Positions 14,128 to 27,315 of a DNA stretch of 64,000 nucleotides are shown piece by piece. Position 1 is the first letter of the stretch; each line of letters begins with the position of its first letter. The notes under the pieces were generated by a model, which was not told the origin of the DNA, made no database searches, and saw nothing but the letters and a program-made list of their open reading frames with translations. Both the position numbers and the translations under genes were made by a program. Source of the DNA: Seison nebaliae (lineage: Eukaryota); contig JALJEE010000027.1 of assembly GCA_023231475.1 (NCBI GenBank), positions 1 through 64,000 of the forward strand. The letters run 5' to 3'.

Positions 14128-16129
14128 ATGGATAATTTCGATGATTTTTTGAAAGATTTCAATTCTGATGAATCTGATTCTGATGATACTGTAACTGAGA
14201 AGGAAGAAGAGAAAATAATAACGAAAATTATAGAACCAAGGAAGAAGAGAGTCGAAGGAAAATGTCAAGATATTAATACGTTATTAAAGAATGATGAGAA
14301 GAAGAAGATAAATGAGAAGAATTCATTAAAGGAAAATGATAAGAATAGTTTCGTTGAAAAAAATTCTTCAATAAAAATTGTAAATTCAATTGTGGATCAG
14401 AAACATTTGACGTCGCTCCAAAAATATCGTTCCTATTTACCTTTATCGAAAATCAGCGTTTATTGTCGTCAAAATCAAAATAAAGACAAAATAAAAAATG
14501 ATGGAAATGGATTTATTCAAATCGATTCCTCCAACGAATGGTTCACCATCGTTATTGTCACCAACATCTCCGAAACTTTAGTATCATCGAATGGCGGTAA
14601 ATATATCCGATTATCAATCGTCGATATGGGTTGTATTTCTTCTCCTAAAACTCTCTTTTTATTTTCCTCCGGTTTCGAAACGGTATGGAAAAGCTTATCG
14701 AATGGAACTGTTCTATCATTGTTGGAACCGAAATTGATGGTTGATCAAAAACAGATGATGTCTAATTCATTAGATCATATTCGATTGTCAATTTCGAACG
14801 GTGAACAAATTATGATTTTGGGTCAGAATATGGTGGTGGGACGTTGTAAAGGTACGAAGAAACTTAGTAGTCAAGAAACTGGTCAATGTACCAAATATGT
14901 TAATCGGGAAACGGACGATTATTGTACGGAACATTATATGTCGATGTGTTCACAATTGAGAAATAATCGTCCTGCAATCAATTCCACTCAATCTCTTGTC
15001 ATTCCGAAGAAATTCAGTCAGATGAATGTGAAGAAATCGATAATTCCATTACAAACGACAAAGAATTCGAATAAGAGAACATTCGACGAATTTCATCGTT
15101 TACTCAATTTAGACAATTCACCAAAAGAAAAAAATAAATTTTGTTTAGAAGAAATTTTGGAAAAGAAACGAAGTTCTAATTTTCTTCCAATTTTTCATAT
15201 TTAAATTCTCTTTCGAATTTAAATTATTAAATTTTCTTTCGAATTAAAGAACGCGATGGAGATTTGAGAAGTAATGCATCGAAATTATTTGAAGCTAGTA
15301 AAGAAAGAAAAGGAAGTTGTTTTTTCAAAAATTAAATTCAAAAGAAAAAATTTTAAATTTCTTCAATAATTTATCTAATTTTGATAGAGAATGTACATAA
15401 TGAAAAACGAGAAGCATTATCGTTTGTGAAGAAAGTTGTGACGAATATTAGGAAGACTGTTAGTTGTGTCTTTGATATTTGAAATTATTTGTATTATTTG
15501 AAAGAATATTAATGAGACGAGAAAGAAGAATGCAATTGAAATTTGGCAAAAACATCAAAAAATGGATCCGTTGGAAAGATTGAAGAAGGAGAAAGAAGCG
15601 GAGAATATTCGGATGAAATGTTCGAAATTGAATATGGAAACGATTCGATCGGAAAGAATTTCTGGATTATTAGCGAGTAGTAATGAAATAAAGAATATTA
15701 ATGAACTGAAGAATGATATGAAAGAGAATGAATTGAAACGGTTGGAAATGTTGGATGATATCGAAAGTAAGTTGGAATCGATTCATGAGAAAGAAGTGAT
15801 CGTATTCACTTGTGAGAATGTTAGAATGATTCTATAAATTCATTTAATTCTCTATTTTCTAGTGTAAGAAAACTAGACAAAAGAAATCGGCGTTATGTGT
15901 CGAAGGAAAACATCGGATTTATACTCATAAATCTAAAATAAAATTTTTCGTTTGCGATAATTGTAAGACGAGATGTACGACTTTTGCACTCTATCCAGAT
16001 AGAGCTTGTGACAAGTGTGGAGAAACGGCGAAATTCCATCGATCCGGATTAATAACGGTGAGTGGAGAAACGTCGTTACATAACGAAAAATTATCATTGC
16101 GTGGACGAGAAGAAAAGTTTTTATCGTAA
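14128..16129 (+). CDS. MCM10: DNA replication factor MCM10, 5 exons (introns 15173-15249, 15316-15387, 15459-15504, 15820-15862)
   Basis: OB-fold (SSNGGKYIRLSIVD), CCCH finger (GRCKG...CTKYVN...YCTEH), C-terminal Zn motifs (CENC...C...H; FFVCDNC...CDKCG) and the LRGREEKFL end. Confidence 0.9.
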
Positions 16130-17192
16130 ATTATTCGACTGAAAGAATAAAGTATATTTGTATTGTTAATATATTCTTGTTATGTTAATATATTTAATGG
16201 AGAATTCTTATCCTTTCTTATTGGTGTGAAGGAAAAAATTGAAATTCTTCTCTCTCATTCACAAATTCTAATAATTGTATTATTCACTAATAATTTTCTC
16301 TTTATTATTTTATATGATTTCTCTTTTTTATGATTGACAATAAAGTAAAATGTATATTGGTCATTATCGATCATTTCTAATAACCTAAGATGGAACGATT
16401 AATAAAAATTGATAGTTGCAATTATTGAATTATATGGTTGTAATAATAATAAATAAACTGGGTTTCAAAACTTTAGAACCTATCGAAATACCGGTATAAA
16501 TAAATAAATTTTAAATAAGCGTGTCATATCTTTAGAAATTTATGGAAAAAACACCTTTGGACAATAAGGCCGCTATCTGTCCTTTTTCGAACTCCGATAA
16601 TGTTTTTGCTTTCCCCATAATAAAATGTGATTAGCGATAGTATGTGATAGTAAAATATAAATAATAGCGTGGGTCGAAATATTTAGATTAAACAAATTGT
16701 TAAATTTAAATTTTATCATTGTAATCAAAATTTTACATAGTTTTCTGCCATTTAATCTTGCAGTTTCTAAAGATATGACACGGTTATTTAAAATTTATTC
16801 ATTATACATGTATCGATTAAATTAATTATATTAAATCAGGAAATGAATGAAAGTATTTCTGAATAATTCTTCTTCTTCCATAAAGACCACAAATCTTAAT
16901 CAGATAAATTAAGATAAAAAATTAATGAGTTGAATGTCAACATTTTTAACTTTGATGGTTTTAATATTATTTGTCATTAATTTAGAGAACTTTTAAGAGT
17001 GAAAAAATTAAAAATTTATAAAAACCAAAGTGGACTAACGAGAAAGAACTAAATTTCTGTTTAAAACTGGAATCCATAGTATTATAAAACCTTGAATTAA
17101 ATTATGATAAAATTGAAGAAATTAATAAAATTTAAAAATCGATTTATAACATTCTCCAAAGCGGTTCGAGTTCGTATCAAATCGCTCAACAT

Positions 17193-20100
17193 TCACAACA
17201 TTTTAGAAATTGAAAAAATTTTATTTTTCGAATCTCGATTGTCCGGTTTTTGTTGTTGTTGTGGTTGGTGAAGGATATTAGACTGGTGAGATTGTTGTTG
17301 TTGAAGGATATTCGAATGTTTAGATTGTTGTTGTAGAAGGATGTTAGACTGCTGAGGTTGTTGTTGTCGTTGTTGAATAACATTAGACGATTGTTGTTGT
17401 TGTTGTTGTTGTTGTTGGCGATTAAGTTGGGAAGTCGATTGGTTTGGTTGTTGACCGTAAGACATTGAAATGAGATTGAGTAAATCTTCTTGATTTGCCG
17501 TATTAAAATCAACATTTTCAACAAGTTGTTTTATAATTTGATCATCGTTTAGTTGTGGTGAAGTCAATAATTGTTCCAACAGATTATTGTCATTATTATC
17601 CAAGTTAGATATATTCATGAGAGAATTCAAACTTTCATTTAATAAATTGTTGTTGTCAGACTGCTGTAAATTGGGGATGTTTACAGATTGCAATAAATCT
17701 GCATAATTACCCTGTTGGAAATGTTCGAGCAGATCCTTCAGATCCACCTTATCCAAATTCATTACTTTATTCTTCTGTTGATTGTTCCTCCTGTTATTCG
17801 ATGTCCTTCTTCCCGTATTTCCCGATCTTTTACTCGACGATTGCCCCGACAACTTACTCGTTTGACTTACCGTTGTCGGTTGGTGACAGTTTTGAAATTT
17901 TTGAGATTGATCCATTTTTTCCAATTTCTGTCTTCGTTGTGAAAGATTTTGTCCAGCTGACACATTCGTATTCCCAAAATTCTGTTGTTGAGATTTTTGC
18001 GATTGTCTTCGCCTATTTTGTTGTTGTTGTTGTTGTGTTTGTTGTTGTTGTTGTTGTTGTGTTTGTTTTTGTTGTGTTTGTTGTTGTTTTTGTTGTGTTT
18101 GTTGTTGTTTTTGTTGTTGTTGTTCATTATTAGTATTAATATATGGCATGAGAGCTCGAAGGATTTCATCCATACTTTGATGTGTCCAAGTATTGGGATC
18201 CAATCCAATGATTAGATCTGCCACATTTGACGGTAGATTTTGGAAATCGGAAGGCGATTCTAATAATTTCATCATGTTAGTAACGACCATGGTGGTTTGA
18301 TCTATTTCTTGTTGTGCCGGTTGCACGTTCGACTGATTAGACGACGAGGCGTTTACTTTATTTATCGACGAGTTACTCAAATTGGATGTGGAAGGATTGA
18401 CCGTCTGACTCTTTCTCATTTGTTCACTTTCTTTAAAATTCAAATTAATTTTCTTATTCTTCCCAATATTAGCATTTTGATGAACAACATTATTATTATT
18501 ATTATTATTATTTCCCATTTGTTGATGATGAACTATTTTATTTTGTTGTGATTGAAATTGATTAGCACAATTAACACCCAAATGATTCTGTGAAGAATTA
18601 CTTCTATTTATTTGATTCTTCTCGTTCATCAAAATATCTGACGATCCTGAAGTCATTTGTAAACAATTCAATTGATTTTGAATATTCGACATCTGTTGTT
18701 GTTGTTGTTGTTGTTCTTGTTTCGGAAATATATTCGAATAACTTTTTTGTGATATTTTAAATTTCTTTGGTGGCATTTCGCTTGAATTATTTTTAGCATT
18801 ATTCAACGGTCTCTTCGATCGGAAGAAATCACAAAGATTTTGCGAATCCGAAGCGATTGAACATAAACTATTGAAAACTTGGTTATCAGCTTCGAATAAT
18901 AACTGCCATGGAATATTATCCATATCGAAATCTATGTCACCTTCAAGACTATGACGAAGTTGTTCAATTTGTCGTTCTCTCTCCACAGCTGTCATGTCCA
19001 CCTGACAAGGTTCCGATTTCACCGGTTTTGACGACGGCACCGTTATTTGCGGTTTTGGTTGAAGTCGTGGAGGAATGGGTGGAAGTAACGGACGTGGGAT
19101 AACCGGAGATTTCCTTTCAGGAATTCTCGGTCGATAAATTAATCTAGGTCGCATTTTCTCCACTGGAGGTGAATCGTCTGATTCATCAGATGATGATAAA
19201 TTTCCATTTTTAATTTGAATTTTTTCAAATTCAGCTTCCACTTCACCAAATCTTTCTCTCCTCGTCATTAGTATTCCAGCCACCATTTTCAAGATGAATA
19301 TTCGTTGTTCTAATTTCGTTCGATGTTGTGGAATGATGATATCTGAATGATTTCGAACTCTTCGATAATTTAATGATTTGTTAATATGATTTCTTCTCTT
19401 CTCTTTCGTATCTTCAAATAAATATCTGTCCGGTAGAGAACTAGAAGATGCTTCTCTCACTCTCACTTTCTCCTTCTTTTTTCCATCTTCATCTATTTCT
19501 TTTTCGAATTGATTTAAATAGAAAAAACAATTTGGTTCTTCCAATAAATTGGGAAGTGGTTCGTCAATTTCTTCCACTTCAAATTCTTCGATATTTTCAT
19601 TAACAAATATTTTATTTTCTTCATCCGATTCCCATTTCACTTTACTCACCAACGGTGGTATCGATGGCCAATATGGATAATATTTGAAATTTATCGAACA
19701 ATTCTCGAGTGTTTTCGAATTGTTCAAATTGCAGAAAATCGATCGAATTCGAAAATAACTCGACATTTTAATCGAATCTCCCGCCGTTTGATACGACGAA
19801 TTCACATTACAAAATTGTTTTAAACTACTTCGATTATTCGTCACAATCTTACCACCCGAATACAACAATTCCGTCAACTGATTGATGATTATTAATGGTT
19901 GAATATCGATCATCGATCTAAAAAAAAATAAAAAAATTCAAAAATTTTTCATAAATAAAAATTGAACATGATCAATAAGAAAAGATCTTGGATAAATTGA
20001 GAGACCTTTTCAATCTTCCAAAACCGGAATAATCGACAATTATTTTCATCTATTCGATTATTCATATCTGATCGATTAATGGATGAGCTGATGGTTTGAT

Positions 20101-23100
20101 AATGATCTTGACAATAATCGATCATTGTCTGAATGACGGAAGAGGCCAAATAATGGTCGTTACTAGAAAACAGACAGAATAACGTATGTATGATGGATGT
20201 GTTGTATTGGATGGATAATAGAAAGACGAGACAATCATACGCCATTAATCGAACATTGCATGACTGATTATTTCGAGTATAACTCGTGAAAATGACAAGA
20301 GATGAATGAATATTTGTTTCATATCCCAATTCATAAAATTTCCTGATTCCATTCAAACAACTACTAACAACAATACCATTATACGAGGGAATTTTCTGAC
20401 GGATATTGAGATGATGTAAAACATATTGAATGAGATGATAAACAGTTTTTGAAAATTTTTTTGGAATTTTTGGATGATCACTCTGATTCATTAACGATCG
20501 TTCCAATCCGAAAAGTGAGTCACATTTTCTTAAATTTAATCGATTTTCTATCGACATAAATTGGTTAGAGATTGAATGTGATGAATTATTTCGTCTCGAT
20601 CGATTCCTCCCTTTGAAGAAATCATATTTGGGTAATGAATATCCGATGGAATTGATGATGGTAGCTAAATAATAATCATCAATAAAATGATTAAAATGAT
20701 TGAAATTATATCGAACGATATCCAATAATAATTCCTGTGAATCGATTGATGTAAATCCTGCACATTTCTCTTGCGTATTTGAATTTTCGTTTAAAAAATC
20801 GACATCATCAAACATATGTTTGATTTTATTATATGTTCGTTTCCCATCAAATTTCTTCGATTCCAAATGTGTCTTAATATTACGATAAGCTTCTGATGAT
20901 TCTATATCCATTCGAGATAATCGTTCCAAACCCAATAATGTCACCATCTCTTTCAAGAGAAGATATTCGGGAATATGAACGAAATTATTACATCGAGGAA
21001 GGAACTTCTTTATGGTTTTTTCGTCACTTCTCAATTTTATTTCATTATTTTTCTCATCTTTTTCTTTCACATCATTCGTCATTAATTCGTCTCGATTTTC
21101 TTGAATAATTTTCCCTTTTCGTCGAGTACATTCTTGGAAGAATTGGAAAATATCATCACCAGTCGGATAGAAGATTTGTTTGACATATTTCTCATCATAA
21201 ATCACTTCTTCATTCATGAATAATTTTTGAAAAAGTTTCACAAAAATTAAATTAATATTTTCCGATTTTCCACTTTTCCTTAAACTAAAATCATTTTGTA
21301 AAAGATAAAGAAATTGTACAGCACGAATTCTCACATCAACGAAAACTCGTCGATTCGTTATGATTTCAACTAATAATTGTAAAATATTTTTTATTTCGTC
21401 TGTAAATGTCGAATAATTTCTCACCGTCAAATATGGTGTTGGATTATCGAGTAATTTCATTGCAAGACCTTCAATCGATTCCAATTGAGCTTCTGCATCA
21501 ACCAAGTGTCTCAACATCAATTGCCATTGATGGAATGGTTGTGTACATTCAATTCGACGTATCAATGAAAGATTTGGATCGGCACGAAACCATAAAACGG
21601 GTGAATCATATGCTTCTGATTCACCCACTTTATCTGATCCGATTTTCATAGCAATTCGTTTCTTTGTTCTCCGACCCGGTTTCATATGTGGTGAATAATC
21701 GATACGTGTCAAATGTTGTCCTTCAACAATCATAGATCGTTCAAAAGTTCGATCTAATTCAGCGAAACAAAATTGCAATTGACCACGAAATGGTAGAAAA
21801 TATCGATTCGATTTAATTAACATTTCATTCTCTTGATTATTATTATTTTCTTTATTTCTTTTCCGTCGATTATTTTCCGTTTCATTTGAATTATTTGAAG
21901 CGATACCAGGTTGACGAATTTCGATTTCAAACACATTTCGTCTCCGATTATATTTCCCATCAATCACCAAATAAACGACACCATCATAATTGAGATATGG
22001 ACGAAGAATTTGTTCCACATTTTTCGAACAGATTTTCGTTCCGATATTAAAAAAAATTCGAAGATTTAATATGAATCCATGAGGATTATTTTCAATCATT
22101 GACATCGTTTGGAATTTGGTGATATATTTCAATTTCTTTTTCATATCCAATACCGTCGGTTGGACACAACATCGATTAGATGACGATGTATTTCTTAATG
22201 TCATTAATCGAGAAATTATTTCGAAAAAATTACTTCGACCAATTTTCTCGGATAATATTCGAATAATTAATGCCGATTTAATTCGACGAACGACACAATC
22301 GATCGGTGTCCAAAGTCGATTAATCACTAAAATTTCCAATTCATTTTTCTTCATCGATTTATATGTGGTTAATTGAATGGATCGTTGTCGAACGATTTGT
22401 TCCTCACAAATCAAATCATTATAATGATGAACGAGACGATTATAAAAATTCTTTCCAAATTCTTCTTCCAAATATAACCATGCAAAATATTCAGTCAATC
22501 CGACGGTAAGAAACCAATCGCAATCGATTTCATATGATAAGAAACATAAAATAAATTGAGAGGCGATAGCAATGGCATTTTTCCGTCTCGTTTCATAAAC
22601 ACTTTCAATGACTGTTGTAGCATGTAATGATTCAATATCATAAATAACTAGAGCTGCATAAATTGACATATGTTGACATGGATCACGTCTCATCCATTCA
22701 TTATTACATTCATTATTTGAATAATATTCATTATGATAATTTCCATCAGATCGAACATCACTAAACATACAATCATTAGATGTACAACGATTTTCTTTCG
22801 ATTGATTCGTACCAAGTCCACGAACATAAACTTGTTTATAATTCCAAAACGGATAAATATTCGATAATAATTTTTCAAAAAATCCGAAAATTGGAGAAAT
22901 GTCCAATTGTTGAACATTCAATTGTTGTGCTAATAAAACGAGTTCGGAAGGACACCAAGCTGATAATTCCTTCATATTATCGTTGATGATATGAGAATAA
23001 TTAAATCCATAAACGAAACCGATATATGGAGCTGATGTTATTTGCCCTAAATGATATCGAATTATTCGAACTTTCCGTTCAATATAAATCGATTTTTTCT

Positions 23101-24310
23101 TCTTCTTTTTTAAACGTTTCAATTTAATTTTCATTCGTTTCTCACTCAAATTCTTCTTGATAATTTTATCTTTTTTATTCATTTTTGAATTCTTTTTATT
23201 TTTATGTTTTTTCTTTATCGCTAATTCGATCGCTTTCGAACTCTTTTTCTTCATTTTCAATTCTCGTAACTTCTTCTCGATCTTCTTTTTCCTCGCCGCT
23301 TTTCTTAACAAATTTTCGAATAAATCATCATCTTCTTGTGGAATAAACCGTTCTCGTTCACTTGTCTCTAATAAAATGATATCTTTCATATTATATCGAC
23401 GACGTTCGAAATAAATATTATCTACTCCACTTCGTTGAATATGTGACAATGTTGTCAACGATTTTCTGCTTTCTTGAAATTTCGATAGAACTTCCAAATT
23501 TCCTGAAGCGATGAAAGTGGAAGCAAAAGTTTGAGTGTGACATTCCATCGACCACAAACATTGACTACCGACCAAATTACCATCAATACATGGTAACCAT
23601 TCTCTTGATGAGAAAATCAGATTATTATTATATGTATAAACATGAGAATGATTATTTAATGGTTCATCAGAATTATCATCTTTCATTTCATCATCATCAT
23701 CATCATCATTATTTTCTTCTTCTTCTTTTTCTTCATTTTCTTTTGGCAAATAATTTCGATCATGAATAAATTTTATTCCTGATGTTGGACTATCGATCGT
23801 GTAGTAGATGGTGATGGTAAAAATGTAGGAATCAGGTGGATAATTTAAAAGTTCACTCAATTCTGAAACATTCCCATATTTCTTCCTCATCTTCTCAATC
23901 ATTTTCATTCGAATCTCCAAATTTTTTCGTCTTTCTTTCGCCAATTTCGAATTGAAAACTTTCGGAAGATATATCGTCAATTCACCACGATTTAATGAGG
24001 CGGTTGTATTCGTTTCAACTTCTTGTCGTTTCAATCGCAAATCAATCAAATTATTCGTTTGTTCATTAATCTTCATATCCTGGAACGGATTCGAATAATT
24101 ATATGACAATTGAACAACATCATTCAAATAGACATTTCCCACCGATAATTGTCGAGCATTTAACGTCACCGTTTTCACATCTGCATTAATCGAACAACAT
24201 AATTCCAATTCGGTCGATGCTGAAATAAATCTCTTCTTAATATCAATCTCATAAAAGACGATAGATTGATGTCGAATTAAGTAATTTCTCTTACTATCCT
24301 TCTCTTCCAT
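17193..24310 (-). CDS. TAF2: TFIID subunit TAF2 with a long Q/N-rich C-terminal extension, 2 exons (intron 19918-19967)
   Basis: Aminopeptidase-like TAF2 motifs (YLIRHQ, SREWLPCID, YNRRRNVFEIEIRQ, DSPVLWFRADP, NHFIDDYYLATII, PSYNGIV). A 50-nt GTTCAA..TTAG intron joins the two long ORFs in frame. Confidence 0.88.
18019..18124 (-). repeat. Imperfect (CAA)n coding repeat giving poly-Q with T/K interruptions
   Basis: Directly visible TTG/GTT run on the + strand; encodes QQQQKQQQTQQKQQQ. Confidence 0.9.
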
Positions 24311-24668
24311 CTCAAACACAAATAATAATTGTTGAATAATTATCGGTAGATGTCAAAGCTTTAATTTATATGTTGAAAATTTAAAAAAAAATTTTGTTTG
24401 AAACTAAAAAAATTACCGTCGCCAATTCCATCAAAAACAATAATTCTTTAACATCTCGATTTGGATGAAAGAAACTTAGCTCATTAAACTACATGAAAGC
24501 AAATGATAAATGAATGAAATATTATTCTCATCGTTTTAATAACTTGTCATGAAAATTTTTTATAATAAAAATTTCAATTCATTTCGAATTCCTGATAAAA
24601 TTAATTCCCCCAATCTGTTCTTGTTATGAGGGTGTTTTAAGTCAAAGTCCATGAAAAATATAGACTAC

Positions 24669-24674
24669 TATAAA
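24669..24674 (+). promoter_or_regulatory. Candidate TATA box of the secreted peptide gene
   Basis: TATAAA about 50 nt upstream of ATG 24721. Weak evidence in AT-rich DNA. Confidence 0.35.
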
Positions 24675-24720
24675 TTAGATGGATTGTTCTCATAATTCAA
24701 ATCATAAAACACACAATAAA

Positions 24721-25116
24721 ATGAAGACTCATCAAATTATTTGGATATTTATAACTGTCATCGGATTTTTATTCATTCAGATAACGGCAATGTCAATTGG
24801 GAATTTGGATGAATCAATACAAATAAGGAATCGAAGACAAAGTAGTTTATCTGTAGATCTCAAATCGTCGAAAGACCGTCATGGAAAAACAGAAAGTTTT
24901 GGAGTTTCATGGAATAAAAATAACTGGGATGTAGGCGGAAGACATACTCAATTTAAAGGATATGATGGCTATAAAAATAAAAAGTCTGAAGCAAATATCT
25001 CCTTCTCAAATAATAACGGTGTAAAATATTTCGGGGGTGGACATCATCAACGAGATAATATGGGCAATAAAGGTTGGGGTGTACATGGAGGAATGAAAAT
25101 ACATTTCAGAAAATAA
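24721..25116 (+). CDS. Secreted Gly-rich cationic peptide precursor (candidate antimicrobial peptide)
   Basis: Hydrophobic signal MKTHQIIWIFITVIGFLFIQITA, short propeptide ending RNRR, mature part starting with Q, Gly/Lys/His-rich, ending GWGVHGGMKIHFRK; AATAAA follows. The function is inferred. Confidence 0.7.
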   Translation: MKTHQIIWIFITVIGFLFIQITAMSIGNLDESIQIRNRRQSSLSVDLKSSKDRHGKTESFGVSWNKNNWDVGGRHTQFKGYDGYKNKKSEANISFSNNNGVKYFGGGHHQRDNMGNKGWGVHGGMKIHFRK

Positions 25117-25422
25117 TTCTATTCAAATAAATTTTTTCAAAAATATTTTTGATATTTTCGTCCAATTCATCTGGTTATCCTATCGAACATTTATTTGGAT
25201 TTTTAAATTTAATTTAATTCAAATTAAACCAGTTTTTATTCAATTTTAAAATTCTTATGATTCATCTTCTTTTTCCAATTCTCTCCACTGCCAGTGTATT
25301 TGGAAATTCAATCGAAGTTGCAAAAGTTCATTTTAAAAGTATAGGCCAAAATTTTTAAGAGAATTCCAAAAACAAATTTTTAGTTCACTTTGAACTTGTT
25401 CTTTTATGAAGTTGTATAAATA

Positions 25423-25436
25423 GTTACTATGGCATT
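25423..25436 (+). promoter_or_regulatory. Imperfect X-box (RFX) GTTACTATGGCATT upstream of DYNC2LI1
   Basis: Matches the X-box except the last 2 nt; about 55 nt upstream of the ATG of a ciliary gene. Confidence 0.5.
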
Positions 25437-25489
25437 GAGCTAATGATATTATGAGAGAATAGTGATAGTAATTTAAAGTTTCCTGAAAA

Positions 25490-27056
25490 ATGACAGAAGA
25501 AGAGAAAGAAAGAATAAGCACGGACCATGAGAAAATTGAAAATGGGGATATATCAAAACCCCAAGAAGAAAAAGCTACAGAAAAGGTAGATGAGACGAAA
25601 CCGAAAGAAAATAAAGAAATAGAAAAAAAAGATGGCAAAGTGGACGAACCGAATCCAGATGATGGTTCTTTTTTAACTTGATTTATATCTTCAACCACTT
25701 ATTATCTAGCTTTCCGTGATCCTAATCCAGGACCGTTAAATATATTTCATTTTTTTAAACACACTTTTCTATTTCATCCGATAGAGATCGATTGTTGTGG
25801 GATATTGCTCATGATCTAATAAATCTTCGAAAAGAGAAGCAGAAGAATATTGATGAACTCTCCAATGAATATACCACATTAGTTTTGGGCAGTCAACGAG
25901 CATTAAAAACAACTATCATCTATGAATTTTTGGGAAAGGCTTTAGACAAAAGAACCTCAACAACTGGCTTAGACTATAATTTCGGAAGGAAATTCATCGA
26001 CAAAACGATGAAAAGAATTGTCGGTCATGTTTGGGAATTGGGAGACGGAACAGATTTATTGAGTTTGGTGAAAGTAGTGTTAAATGAGAGAACTGCAGTT
26101 CATTCATCTGTAATTCTCGTGATTGACTTAGGTGTTCCTGAAGAGATTTGGCACACTGCAACTGAATGTATTGCAGCAGTGAAACCGACGGTCAATACGA
26201 TAATTGGAAAAATATTAAAAAAGAAAACACCAGAAGCATTAGAGATTATAGCGAACGTCAAACATCGAAATGCTAAAAATAAAGTTTATCGTCTTAAGAA
26301 GAAGATATTTTTATTTATTTTTGTTTTTTTAGGATATGAAAAATAGTCTTTATGTTCCATTCGCCATTATCGCAACAAACTATTCCAAGTTTCAAGTGGG
26401 ATAACTTTCTGAAATTTCACAAAATAATTTTTCATTTAAATTTTAGGGGTTAGATCCCGAGAATCAGAAAGTGATATGTCAAGCATTGCGTTATTTAACA
26501 TTTGCCAATGGAGGATATTTGATCGTTTCCATTAGATTTTTTCAAATTTATTTCATAATTCTTTTTCGATGGTTTTGAAAGACATATGATGATAAAACAA
26601 AATCGAATATAAATATGATGCTCAATTCTTTCGTTTTCAAAGAACAACATCAGTTAGTCTTAATATAAAAAACAACAATTAAAATTTAATTATTCTAATA
26701 AGTAAAATAAAACATCCCAATCGAACTTATACGTCTCCATTATCGATCGGTCCTGGAAGTGACGACTTATCTGATATAAAAGGTTCTTCTTTTAAACTTC
26801 TTTTAAACATATTTCAAGTTGAATGATTCTTTAAGATACATCTTTGATCGAGAATAAGAATAATGAATGGAATGGAAAAATGAAGGAATTATATCCAAAG
26901 AGGAAAGCGAGAAGGAAATTGAATCAACGAACGAAAGAAGAGAAAGAGGAAATCGCGAAAAATTTCCATGAACCAGATATTGATGCGGCGAAAGACAAAA
27001 ATGAATTTATTCTGAAACATTATCGAAAGAATTATTTAGAGAAACAGAAATCTTAA
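25490..27056 (+). CDS. DYNC2LI1: Cytoplasmic dynein-2 light intermediate chain, 8 exons (introns 25665-25709, 25735-25784, 26284-26332, 26396-26446, 26525-26581, 26653-26702, 26783-26835)
   Basis: LWDIA, LGSQRALKTTII, LDYNFGR, HVWELGDG, VIDLGVPEEIW. Spliced product gives YSKFQ|GLDPENQKVICQALRY and PLSIGPGSDDL. Confidence 0.9.
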
Positions 27057-27315
27057 GAAGTTCATTCACCCAACCAAACACTTTTCGGCTTTTTAAAAAA
27101 TAAATAAAATATTTTATTTAAATAAAAATAAAAGTTAATCATTAGATTCATTAAATACTTTACATGTTGTTGCCACTTGATAGGAGGGGCAACCGTTTGA
27201 ACTGTGTTGAGGACCGGCCAATAAAAAATGCAAATGAAAATTTAGAAAAAATGAAAGGATTAATTGTGTGACTGTACTAATAAGTTATTATGGTTGGATG
27301 AATATTTGAGAATTG

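Noticed and set aside
16559..16582. GGACA...TGTCC small inverted repeat in a compositionally distinct gap
   Set aside because: Only a 5-bp stem; no terminal repeats, target duplication or transposase.
17715..18551. Poly-Val/Leu/Asn ORFs over TAF2, and similar ones over RIM
   Set aside because: Shadow frames of CAA/ACA coding repeats.
27100..27315. CPE-like TTTTAT plus AATAAA in the Mos 3' UTR
   Set aside because: Biologically plausible but indistinguishable from AT-rich background.
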